Source: Bacillota bacterium
GTDB lineage: Bacteria; Bacillota; Clostridia; TANB77; CAG-508
Assembly (NCBI GenBank): GCA_963928635.1
Contig: CAWVFT010000020.1
Coordinates: 1-62,558, forward strand
Length of the DNA stretch: 62,558 nt
Direction of reading: 5' to 3'
Shown piece after piece: positions 9,990-20,200 of this stretch (position 1 is the stretch's first letter; each line of letters opens with the position of its first letter). The position numbers and the translations under genes were made by a program. The notes beneath the pieces were generated by a model, which ran no database searches, had not been told where the DNA came from, and saw nothing but the letters and a program-made list of their open reading frames with translations.

Positions 9990-11327
9990 ATGTATAGAGA
10001 AAAGATAAAAGAACTAATTAAATGGAAAAATGAAGATAAAAATAATGTTTTAATATTAAAAGGTGCACCAAGAACAGGCAAAACATGGCTTTTAAAAGAA
10101 TTTGGTAAAAAATATTATGACAAAACTATATATATCGATTTTAAAAATGAAGTTAACAAAGAAAATTCCAATGAAGTAGCAACCATAAAAAAAATAATAG
10201 AAGAAAAAGAAACGGAAGATATAACAAAAAAAATAGAAGAGACTCTAAAAATAGTAGAAAATGATAAAAAAGAATACATAGTTATATTAGATAATTTAGA
10301 CTATAACGAAAATGCAGTAAATAATTTAAAATTACTTTTAAAAAACAACAAGAAATATGATATAATAGCATCAATTTCAAAATATGGATTAGCTTTACCC
10401 GAAAATATTAAACTACCTCAAAATAAAGTAAAATATGTTACATTAAGCCCACTTAATTTTAGTGAATTTATATTAGCGATAGAAAATATAGATTTAGAGA
10501 ACATGAGCATAGAAGATAAAATTAAAGAGATAGAAAATAACAATTCAAAATATCTAAATAGTCTAAAAAAATACATGTTTATAGGTGGAATGCCAGAAGT
10601 AGTAGAGGACTTTCAGAAAAATAAAAATTATATTAATGTTAGAAATTTGCAAAATAATATAATAAAAATATATGAAGAAGAAATAGAAAAAGCACCAATT
10701 ACAATAAGAGAAAATATAAAAAAAATTTGGAATAGAATTCCAGAGAGAAACAAAGCTCATAAAGGAACATGGACATATTCAGAAATTAGAGAAGGAGCAC
10801 AAGTAAACGAATTTGAAGTAGCAATAAAATATTTAGAAGATATAGGATATATTTATAGAATAAATAGAACATATCAAGCAGATATCCCACTTATCGTATA
10901 TCAAGATACATCTCTTTTTAATTTATTTTACATAGATATCGGACTATTATCTGCAAAAATGGATTTAGATTTATCAATAATATTAGAAAAGAACAAAATA
11001 TTTACAATATATGAAGAAAATTTATCTGAACAATATATAATGCAAGAAATAAAGAGTAAGTTGGATAATAGTATATATTGTTGGAAATCAAAAAATCTAT
11101 TAAATTTTGTCAATTTTATATTTCAATATGACGCAAAAATTTATGCAATTAAAAAAATGATAGAACCAGTAAAAAAAGATGTAAGCCTAAAATTATTTCA
11201 TCAAGAAAATCACATAAATAATTGTATAAATATAACGCTTGATAAATATTCATATGAAGGCTGGCATAAAGACATACCAATTTATCTAATAGGAGACATC
11301 AATTTTATAACACACAGAGAATTATAA
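9990..11327 (+). CDS. AAA+ ATPase of the AAA_14/DUF4143 type
   Basis: 445 aa. Walker A 'GAPRTGKT', Walker-B-like 'IVILDNLD'. Length and C-terminal region fit DUF4143 proteins. Confidence 0.65.
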   Translation: MYREKIKELIKWKNEDKNNVLILKGAPRTGKTWLLKEFGKKYYDKTIYIDFKNEVNKENSNEVATIKKIIEEKETEDITKKIEETLKIVENDKKEYIVILDNLDYNENAVNNLKLLLKNNKKYDIIASISKYGLALPENIKLPQNKVKYVTLSPLNFSEFILAIENIDLENMSIEDKIKEIENNNSKYLNSLKKYMFIGGMPEVVEDFQKNKNYINVRNLQNNIIKIYEEEIEKAPITIRENIKKIWNRIPERNKAHKGTWTYSEIREGAQVNEFEVAIKYLEDIGYIYRINRTYQADIPLIVYQDTSLFNLFYIDIGLLSAKMDLDLSIILEKNKIFTIYEENLSEQYIMQEIKSKLDNSIYCWKSKNLLNFVNFIFQYDAKIYAIKKMIEPVKKDVSLKLFHQENHINNCINITLDKYSYEGWHKDIPIYLIGDINFITHREL

Positions 11328-11357
11328 AATAAAAATCTAAAATTAGGAGAAAGTAAA

Positions 11358-11862
11358 ATGGCAATACATATAGTAATGGTCGAACCAGAAATACCACAAA
11401 ATACACGGAAATATAGCAAGAACATGTGCAATAACAGGAGCAAAATTGCATTTAGTACATCCGCTTGGATTTAAAGTAGACGAAAAATCTGTAAAAAGAG
11501 CAGGATTAGACTATTGGGACAAGTTAGATATTGAAGAACACAATTCACTAGAAGAATTTTTAGAAAAATATAAGCCAGAAGAGCATAATATGTTTTTTGC
11601 AACGACAAAAGGAAAAACAAAATATACTGATATAAATTATTCTAAAATGGAAGAAGTATTTGTATTGTATGGAAAAGAAACAAAAGGATTACCAGAGTGG
11701 CTTCTAGAAAAATATTTAAATACAAAAACAATTAGAATACCAATGCTACCAACATTAAGATCGTTAAATTTATCGAACTCAGTAGCTATAATAACATATG
11801 AAATATTAAGACAAAAAGATTTTGAAGGACTAGAAGGCATAAGCAAATATTTTGATAAATAA
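11358..11862 (+). pseudogene. trmL: tRNA (cytidine/uridine-2'-O-)-methyltransferase TrmL, disrupted by a 1-nt insertion near 11406
   Basis: ATG at 11358 with SD. 'MAIHIVMVEPEIPQNT' then runs out of frame. Removing the C at 11406 gives 'NTGNIARTCAITGAKLHLVHPLGF', continuous with ORF 11446..11862. Confidence 0.8.
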
Positions 11863-11918
11863 AAAAGAAAAAATTAAAATTTAATTTTTATAAACCAGAT
11901 CTATGACGCAGGAAAGGA

Positions 11919-12233
11919 ATGATATTAAGTATGAGTTTAAATCCAAAAGCTTATTCACAAGTGAGTTATATATTAAATAACATGAGTTCTGAATTAAAAA
12001 ACAAAATACCAAAAGAAATAATTTCTTTAATAGAAAAGAAGAAAGACACTACATACAAAATAAATATAGACAATATTGAAGATTTAGAATTACTAGAAGA
12101 TACTGAGAAAATATTATCAGTAATATATACAGATTTTATCGCAACAGAAGAAGAAAGAAAAATAATAAAGAACAAAGAAAAAATGATACAAAACAATTAT
12201 ATAAGATATAAAAAGGAGAATGTTGATGAATAA
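11919..12233 (+). CDS. hypothetical protein (about 100 aa)
   Basis: ORF overlapping the start of the next gene. Alternative start ATG at 11931. No family assigned. Confidence 0.5.
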   Translation: MILSMSLNPKAYSQVSYILNNMSSELKNKIPKEIISLIEKKKDTTYKINIDNIEDLELLEDTEKILSVIYTDFIATEEERKIIKNKEKMIQNNYIRYKKENVDE

Positions 12234-12861
12234 GAAATATAATCTATATTCAGATATAAATGAATGGTTAAAAAATCATGATGGAAAATTTCCAAGAGCA
12301 AATATAAGAAAAAATGGAAAAAGAATAAATATAAGCCACCTTACTTCTGATGAAGTAAAAGAAGTAAATTTAGCGGAAGTTTGGAGAAAAAGTGAAGAAT
12401 ATAAAATGTATAAAAAATATAGAGAGTGTGCAACAGACGAAATTCCAGAAGAATATAGACAAGATATAATTAATATAAGAACAATTGCTAAAAAATCAAC
12501 ACAAGAGATGGTAAAAAGGTGGATAAAAGATCATAATGGAAAAACTCCAAGAAGAAATATTGTAAAAAACGGAATAAGAATGAAGAGAAGCGAGATGTCA
12601 GAAGAAGAAAAAGAAGAAGTAAACTTAAATCAAAGATGGAAAGATTCAAAATCATATAAAATATTAAAAAAATATATAAATGAAGCAGAAGAAAATATTC
12701 CCAAAGAATATATAAGGATGATTAGAGAATATAAAGAATTAATACAACCAGAAGCTAGAATGTTAAAAATAATGAGAAAAGCGGTAGGTAAAAGAGTAGG
12801 AGATAACGAAGTAACTAGAAATGAAATACGAAAAGAATTAGAATACCAACAAGAAAGATAA
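12226..12861 (+). CDS. hypothetical protein with two tandem ~85-aa repeats (possibly helicase-associated-domain-like)
   Basis: Repeats 'WLKNHDGKFPRANIRKNGKRI...EVNLAEVWRKSEEYKMYKKY' and 'WIKDHNGKTPRRNIVKNGIRM...EVNLNQRWKDSKSYKILKKY'. SD AAGGAG is 7 nt before the ATG at 12226. Confidence 0.5.
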   Translation: MNKKYNLYSDINEWLKNHDGKFPRANIRKNGKRINISHLTSDEVKEVNLAEVWRKSEEYKMYKKYRECATDEIPEEYRQDIINIRTIAKKSTQEMVKRWIKDHNGKTPRRNIVKNGIRMKRSEMSEEEKEEVNLNQRWKDSKSYKILKKYINEAEENIPKEYIRMIREYKELIQPEARMLKIMRKAVGKRVGDNEVTRNEIRKELEYQQER

Positions 12862-12867
12862 AATATA

Positions 12868-12902
12868 CCTTTATCTAGAATTTAGATAAAGGCATATTTT
12901 TT
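12868..12902 (+). terminator. rho-independent terminator
   Basis: cctttatcta-gaat-ttagataaagg followed by catatttttt. Confidence 0.7.
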
Positions 12903-13035
12903 GCACTTTAAAGCTGAATTTACATAAAATATACTAAGCAATTAAATATGACATTATGAATTGCAACAAGATTCAGTAATAGGGAGGAAAAGATTCCAAT
13001 TTAATTGTATCTCAAGAAAGGAATGAGAATAAAAA

Positions 13036-13803
13036 ATGAATAAAATACTAGAATTAAAAAATATAAGTAAAAAATATCAAAGCAAAAAAGGAGAAATAAT
13101 AGCAATAAAAAATATAAATATGAAAGTAAAAGAAGGTGAATTTGTATCAATAATAGGACCAAGTGGATGTGGAAAATCAACATTATTATCAATAATAAGT
13201 GGATTAGAAGAAAAAACAACTGGAGAAATATATATAGAAGGAGAAAAAATAGAAGGGATATCATCAAAAATAGGATATATGCTACAAAAAGACTGTTTAT
13301 TAGAATGGAGAACTATTTGGAGTAATGTGGTATTAGGGTTAGAGTTAAAAGGGAAAATAAATGAAGAAAATAAAAAGTATGTAGAAAACTTACTAAAAAA
13401 ATATAATTTATATGATTTTAAAGACAAATATCCATCTGAATTATCAGGAGGTATGAGGCAAAGGACAGCACTAATTAGGACTTTAGCAGTAAGACCTAAA
13501 ATTCTATTATTAGATGAAGCCTTTTCAGCACTAGATTATCAAACCAGAATAATGGTTACAAATGACATATATAACATATTAAGAAAAGAAGGAATTACAG
13601 CAATTATAGTAACACATGATATATCAGAAGCAATAAGTATGTCAGATAGAGTAGTTGTCTTAACAAAAAGACCAGGAGAAATAAAAGATATACACAAAAT
13701 AAACTTTGAAATGGAAAATAGAAATCCAATAAACTGCCGAGAAAATCCAAAATTCAGCAAATATTTTAATACATTATGGAAGGAGCTTGGTGTAGATGAA
13801 TAA
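13036..13803 (+). CDS. ABC transporter ATP-binding protein (NitT/TauT family)
   Basis: Walker A 'GPSGCGKST', signature 'LSGGMRQR', Walker B 'LLLDEAFSALD'. Confidence 0.9.
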   Translation: MNKILELKNISKKYQSKKGEIIAIKNINMKVKEGEFVSIIGPSGCGKSTLLSIISGLEEKTTGEIYIEGEKIEGISSKIGYMLQKDCLLEWRTIWSNVVLGLELKGKINEENKKYVENLLKKYNLYDFKDKYPSELSGGMRQRTALIRTLAVRPKILLLDEAFSALDYQTRIMVTNDIYNILRKEGITAIIVTHDISEAISMSDRVVVLTKRPGEIKDIHKINFEMENRNPINCRENPKFSKYFNTLWKELGVDE

Positions 13804-14603
13804 AATAATCTCAAAAGAAAGAAAACAATATTTAGGCAAAATAAAAAAACAAAAAATATTGATACTAATAACACAAATATTAGTAATTATAGGATTTTTA
13901 GCATTGTGGGAAATACTTGCACATTTAAATATAATAGATAGCTTTATAACAAGTAGCCCGAGCAGAATATTAAATACATTTATGAATCTAGGTTCAAACG
14001 ATTTACTAATGCATGTAGGAGTAACAGTATATGAAACTGTTGTAGGATTCTTAATTGGAACAATATTAGGAATAATAATAGCTATAATACTATGGTGGTC
14101 AAACTTTTTAGCAAAGGTGTCAGAACCATTTTTAGTAGTATTAAACAGTTTACCAAAAGTAGCATTACGGACCAGTAATAATAATATGGGTAGGAGCAGG
14201 AACACCTGCAATAATAGTAATGGCAGTAGCTATATCTTTAGTAGTAACAATACTTGAAAACTTAAATGGATTTTTAAGAACAGATAAAGATTTAATAAAA
14301 ATGGCAAAAACATTTAAGGCAAATAAAATGCAAATTCTAACAAAAATAGTATTACCAGCAAATATTTCTACTTTTATAAATTCTTTAAAAGTAAATATAG
14401 GACTTTCTCTTGTAGGTGTAATATCAGGAGAATTTTTAGTGTCTAAAGCAGGTCTTGGATATTTAATAGTATATGGAGGTCAAGTATTTAAACTAGACCT
14501 AGTAATGACAAGTGTAATCATTTTAGGAATAGTTGCGGGAATTATGTATGGAATAGTTGTATTACTAGAAAAAGCAATATTAAATAGTAAAAAGTTCAAA
14601 TAA
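13796..14603 (+). pseudogene. ABC transporter permease (NitT/TauT family), disrupted by a 1-nt insertion near 14168
   Basis: ORFs 13796..14257 and 14220..14603 are consecutive frames of one permease. Removing one base at 14167-14171 restores 'LNSLPKVALGPVIIIWVGAGTPAIIVMAVAISL'. Confidence 0.8.
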
Positions 14604-14749
14604 GTTGTTAAAAAATCGTTACAATTCTTGGATTTATAAGGCTATGAATTGTAACAAAAAATCTCCATCCACATTGACAAAATTTAGATAACAAACATAA
14701 GATATAATACATCAAAGTAAAAGCTAGAATAAAAAAGAAAGGAGAAGTT

Positions 14750-15766
14750 ATGAAAAGAAACATAATAGTAGTAGTGATAATCTTAATAGTTGTTATTATA
14801 GGAATAAGTATATACAGTATATTTAATAACAAAAACGAAACAGGAACAAAACTAACAACAGTGACTGTAAGTGAAGTAACAAGATCAGTATTTTATGCAC
14901 CACAATATGCAGCAATAAACGAAGGATTTTTTGAAGAAAATGGCATAAAAGTAGAATTAACAACATCATCAGGAGCAGATGCAGTAATGACCACTGTACT
15001 TGCAAATCAATGTGATATAGGATTTGCAGGACCAGAAGCATCAATATATGTATATAATGAAGGAAAAGAAGACCATACACAAGTATTTGCACAACTAACC
15101 AAAAGAGATGGATCGCTATTAATATCAAGAACAGACACAGATAACTTCAGTTGGCAAGACCTAAAAGGAAAAACTGTAATACCAGGAAGAAAAGGTGGAG
15201 TGCCATATATGACATTAGAATATGTACTAAGAAAAAACGGAATAAACCCAGAAACAGATGTGACATTAGATGATAGTATAAAATTCGACTTAATGGCAGG
15301 AGCGTTTGCAAGTGGAAATGCAGATTATGTAACACTATTCGAACCAACAGCATCATTAACAGAAATAGAAGGAAAAGGATATGTAGTAGCCTCAGTAGGA
15401 GAAGCAGCAGGGGAAATACCATATACAGCATATTTTGCAAAACAAAGTTATATAGAAAACAATGAAAAAACAATACAAAATTTCACAAATGCAATTTACA
15501 AAGGTCAACAATGGGTAAAAGAACATACAGCAAGAGAAGTGGCAGAAAGTATTCAAAGTTTCTTCCCAGACACAAGTTTAGATTTACTAGAAAATGCAGT
15601 ACAGACATATAAAGATATAGATGCATGGAATGATACACCAGTATTAAAAGAAGAAAGTTTTAATAGACTACAAGAAGTTATGAAACAAGCAGGAGAACTT
15701 AATGAAGAAGTACCATATGAAGAAATAGTAAATAATAAATATGCTGAAAAAGCAGTAGGGATTTAG
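14750..15766 (+). CDS. ABC transporter substrate-binding protein (NMT1/THI5-like), membrane-anchored
   Basis: 338 aa. N-terminal TM segment without a lipobox Cys. NMT1-like body. Same operon as the ATPase and permease. Ends GGG ATT TAG inside a repeat element. Confidence 0.75.
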   Translation: MKRNIIVVVIILIVVIIGISIYSIFNNKNETGTKLTTVTVSEVTRSVFYAPQYAAINEGFFEENGIKVELTTSSGADAVMTTVLANQCDIGFAGPEASIYVYNEGKEDHTQVFAQLTKRDGSLLISRTDTDNFSWQDLKGKTVIPGRKGGVPYMTLEYVLRKNGINPETDVTLDDSIKFDLMAGAFASGNADYVTLFEPTASLTEIEGKGYVVASVGEAAGEIPYTAYFAKQSYIENNEKTIQNFTNAIYKGQQWVKEHTAREVAESIQSFFPDTSLDLLENAVQTYKDIDAWNDTPVLKEESFNRLQEVMKQAGELNEEVPYEEIVNNKYAEKAVGI

Positions 15767-15818
15767 GGACGTACCTTAAAATCCCTATTTTTCGGGATTT
15801 TGGGGGACGGAACTTAAA
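15757..15818 (+). repeat. family-1 REP-like element
   Basis: 'agggatttagggacgtaccttaaaatccctatttttcgggattttgggggacgg'. Contains the stop codon of the ABC substrate-binding gene. Confidence 0.8.
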
Positions 15819-15823
15819 TTTTT

Positions 15824-15846
15824 TGTCGAATTTTGCGATGAAAAGT
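15824..15846 (+). promoter_or_regulatory. conserved motif with a Spo0A-box-like TGTCGAA, upstream of the Rpn-like gene
   Basis: 'tgtcgaattttgcgatgaaaagt', compared with 'tgtcgaataacgcgacgaaaagt' at 45355-45377. Confidence 0.35.
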
Positions 15847-16046
15847 TAAAGGAATTTGATAAAAAGTATTGTGTTTTATGAGAAAATATGGTTTAATAAA
15901 ATAAATTTACATAATTTTAATAATCGATAAATTTTAATTTTATCATTAAATTTTTAATCCAAAATTTTAAAATCATCATTAATTATTTAAATTTTTCAAA
16001 AAATAAAATTTAATCCAAATTAAAATTTATTAAGAAAGGAGAAATA

Positions 16047-16754
16047 TTGAATTTTTTTACATATAACGATTATATTGACTATAATCAAAATAGAAGCATA
16101 AGAAAAATAGTACAAGAATCAGTCAAATGGGGAAATGGAGAGAAATTAACAGAAAAAGAAAAAAGAATAGAAGAGATAACAGAATCAATAATAAAAAATA
16201 AAAAGGAAAATATTTTATTAATAAATGATTTTTTCAATACAAAAAACAGAGCAAAATATTTAGAGTGGGTACACATGGAAGAACAAAAGAAGAATATAAA
16301 AATACTTAAAGAAAAAAATGAAGAAAAATATTATATTTTAAATTATATAATAAAAAAAGATAATAACATAATATATAAAGTATTTAAAATGTGTGTAGAG
16401 ATAATAGATATTTGGAAAAATAAAAATGAAAAAAACAAATATCCAATTATTTACCCAATTATAATATATTTAGGAAACGAAAAATGGGATATTAAACCTC
16501 AAAAAAGCAAATTACAATATACAAAAATTAAATCTAATTGTATCTTTTTATCATATAATATCATTAATTTTAACAAAGAGTCTAAAGAAAATTTATTAAC
16601 CAAAAAATCTTTACTATCTAATATAATGGCAATTAAAAATCAAGAAGAAAAAATATTAGAAGAATTAATAGAAAAAGAAAGTAAAACTACAAAGGATATA
16701 CAAAAATATCAAAAAATAAAAAGCATGTATTATTACTTAAATTACAAAAATTAA
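16047..16754 (+). CDS. Rpn/YhgA-like (Transposase_31) PD-(D/E)XK-family protein, divergent
   Basis: TTG start after SD AAAGGAG. 'KYPIIYPIIIYLGNEKW' resembles the Rpn 'P.V.PIV.YnG..pW' motif. No clear N-terminal nuclease motif. Confidence 0.45.
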   Translation: MNFFTYNDYIDYNQNRSIRKIVQESVKWGNGEKLTEKEKRIEEITESIIKNKKENILLINDFFNTKNRAKYLEWVHMEEQKKNIKILKEKNEEKYYILNYIIKKDNNIIYKVFKMCVEIIDIWKNKNEKNKYPIIYPIIIYLGNEKWDIKPQKSKLQYTKIKSNCIFLSYNIINFNKESKENLLTKKSLLSNIMAIKNQEEKILEELIEKESKTTKDIQKYQKIKSMYYYLNYKN

Positions 16755-16773
16755 AATTAATTTAAGAAAACTA

Positions 16774-16802
16774 TTGACAAATAAACCTATAGGTGCTATA
16801 TT
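16774..16802 (+). promoter_or_regulatory. sigma-A-type promoter upstream of the XRE gene
   Basis: AAAACTATTGACA, 17 nt, TATATT. Confidence 0.55.
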
Positions 16803-16857
16803 TACCAAAACGCAAACATTTTAATTAATCTTCTTTAAATTAAAAGGAGGGGATAAT

Positions 16858-17193
16858 ATGGCATCTGCACCAGATTATTCAGTTATAGGAAGAAGAATAA
16901 AAGAAGTTAGAATGGAAAGAAAAATATCACAAGAGGAGCTAGCAGAAAAATTGAATATATCAGTATCATTTGTAAGTAGATGGGAAACAGGAAGAGCACA
17001 AATTAATCTAAAAAGATTAATAGAAATATCAAAAATATTAGAAGTAACAACAGACTATTTACTATCAGGAAGTGAAACAGAAACAAGAAATTATTTATCA
17101 AGAGAATTTAGTAGTATTTTAGAAAAATGTAATTCTAACCAACAAAAATTTATATACAGAGTAGCAGAATTAGTTAACCAAATGAATATATAA
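16858..17193 (+). CDS. XRE-family helix-turn-helix transcriptional regulator
   Basis: 111 aa. 'IGRRIKEVRMERKISQEELAEKLNISVSFVSRWETG'. Strong SD and promoter. Confidence 0.8.
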   Translation: MASAPDYSVIGRRIKEVRMERKISQEELAEKLNISVSFVSRWETGRAQINLKRLIEISKILEVTTDYLLSGSETETRNYLSREFSSILEKCNSNQQKFIYRVAELVNQMNI

Positions 17194-17258
17194 AGCTTTA
17201 CAAAGAACAAAAAATATTATAAAATGACATAAATATACAAACAGATAAGGTGGTATAA

Positions 17259-20200
17259 ATGTATTTAAAAAGATTAGAATTACAAGGATTTAAATCATTT
17301 GCAGATAAAACAGTGTTAGAATTTAGAAAAGGAATAACAGGAATAATAGGACCAAATGGTTCAGGAAAAAGTAATATATCAGATAGTATAAGATGGGTTT
17401 TGGGAGAGCAAAGTATGAAAGCACTAAGAGGAGCAAAAGCATTAGATATAATATTTGCTGGAACTCAAAATAGAAAATCATTAGGATTTGCAGAAGCATC
17501 ATTAGTATTTGATAATTCGGACAATAGCTTGCCAATAGAATATCAAGAAGTAACAGTAACAAGAAAAATATATAGAACAGGAGAAACAGGGTACTACATA
17601 AATAAAACACCATGTAGGTTAAAAGATGTATTAGAATTATTCATGGACACAGGAATTGGAAAAGATGGATATTCAATAATAGGACAAGGCAAAATAGACG
17701 AAATATTAAGCAATAAATCTGAAGATAGGAGACATATTTTTGAGGAAGCAGCAGGAATTGTTAAATATAAAATAAGAAAGCAAGAATCAGAGAAAAAATT
17801 AGAACAAACAAAATTAAACCTGTTAAGAATAAATGACATATTAACAGAAATAGAAGCAAATTTAGAGCCATTAAAAATGCAATCAGAAAAAGCAAAAAAA
17901 TATTTAAATCTAAGAGAAGAATTAAAAAACATAGAAGTAGGTTTATTTATATACAACATAGAAAAATATAAAGAAACTTTAAATGAATTAATTAAAGATG
18001 AAGAAATAATGCAAAACCAATGTAATGAAGAAGAAGAGAAACTTGAAAAAGTAAAAAGTCTAAAAGAAGAATTAAAAGAAACAATAGATAATATCACATT
18101 ACAAATAGAAGAAATGTCAAATAGCGGATTTGAAAGCCAAAAAGAAATTGAAATACTTAATTCTGACATAAATGTAGCAAGAACAAAAATTGCAAACAAC
18201 ACAGAAAACAAAGAAAGATATGAAAAAGAAATTGAAGAAAAAAATCAAAGAATACAAGAACTAGATGAAGAAATAAAGCAAAAAGAAGAAAAGAAATTTA
18301 ACTTAAAAGAAAATAAAGAAAAATTTGAAAAAGAGCTAAAAACAAAAGAAAACGAGTTAGCAAAAATAACAGAAAAGTTAACAGCAAAAGAATTAGAAAT
18401 AGAAGGATATAAAAAGCAGGTAGAAGAAAATAGCGACCAAAAATATGAATTGGGAACAGAAATAAATACACAAAAGACAAATTTGCAAAACTATAATAAA
18501 AGAATAAATCAAATAAAACAAGAAATAACTTCAAACATTTCTGAGCTAGATAGAACCAGAATGGAAAAAGAAGAATTATCAAAAAACTTTTATGAAATAG
18601 AAAACTCAAGAAATAAAACTTTAAAAAATATAGAAGAAATATCAAACGAAAAAAATGAAGCAGATAAAAAGATAAAAACATATGAAGATAAAATCAGAAA
18701 TATAGAAGATTCTATAAGAATGAAACAATCAAGAAGAAATTTCTTAGTTGAAACAGAAAAAGAAAAAGAAGGCTATATAAAAAGTGTTAAATCTTTATTA
18801 AAAGACTGCGAGACTATAAAGGAATTAGGAAAAGGAATGCATGGAGTTTTAGCAAACATAATTGAAGCACCAGAAGAATTAGAAACAGCAATAGAAATGT
18901 GTCTAGGAGCAAGTTTGCAAAACATAGTAACAGACACAGAAGAAGAAGCTAAAAACCTAATTGAACATTTAAGAAAAAATAACTTAGGTAGAGCATCATT
19001 TTTACCAATTACATCAGTAAAAGGTAGAAAACTAGAGAAAGTAAAATTAAATGAAAACGGAGTAATTGGAATTGCCTCAGACTTAATAAAATATGATAAA
19101 AAATATGAACAAATAATTTTGAATTTATTAGGAAGAACTGTAATTACAGATACAATAGAAACAGCAATTAAAGTAGCAAAACAAAACAATTACACATTTA
19201 GAATAGTAACAAAAACAGGAGATATAATAAATCCATCAGGAGCCATGACAGGTGGGTCAATAGCCAAAAAAACTATAAACATATTAGGTAGAAGCAAAGA
19301 AATTGAGAAATTAGGAAAAGAAATCACTAATGAAGAAAAGAAAAAAGAAGAACTTTTAAAAGAAAAAGAAAATTATGAAAATTCAATAAAAAATGTTATT
19401 GAACAGTCAAAAGAGTTAAACACAAAATTACAAGAAATTGAAATAAAATACGCAACAGAAAAACAAAAAATATTATCAATAGAATCAAGCATAGAGAAAA
19501 TAGAAAAAAGGATAAAAACATTAAAAGAAGAAAAAGAAACAATAGAAAATCAAATAAAAGAAGCAAATAACATAATCGAAAATGATGATAAACAAATAGA
19601 AGAACTAACAATTAAAATAGAAGAATTATCAAAATATATACAAGAATATGCAGAAAACAATAAAGAAAATCAAAAATATATAGATGACCTAAATTTTGAC
19701 ATAACAAACTTAAAAATTTCAGTATCTTCTTTTGATGAAAGCGAAAATTCTATTTTAGAAATACAAGAAAGAATAAATCAAGAAATAGAAAACAACAAGA
19801 ATAGTATAAAAGATAAAACAGAACAAATTGAAAAAATAAAACAAGACAATTTCAATTTAGAAGAAAATATAAAAGAAATACTAGAAAAAATAGAAAACAT
19901 AAAAGAAACTGTAAAAAATAGTGGCTCTAAAATAGAAGAATTAAAACAAGAAAGAAGCAAAAAAAGTGAAGTATTGTCAAAACAAGAGGAACAAATAACA
20001 GAGAAATTTAATGTAATAGAAGATTTAAAAGCACAACTAGTAAAAATAGATGTAAAAAAGACAAAAATACAAGAAGATATAAATTCTATTATAAATAAGA
20101 TGTGGGAAGAATATGAACTTACACCAAATGCAGTAGAAAATTACGAAAAACCAAATAATATTTCAGCAACACAAAAAGAAGTAAATAGACTAAGAAATGA

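Noticed and set aside
12903-13035. Riboswitch (for example TPP) upstream of the NMT1/THI5-type ABC transporter.
   Set aside because: No CUGAGA / ACCUGA-type TPP core or other recognisable riboswitch core is present. I saw only short AT-rich hairpins.
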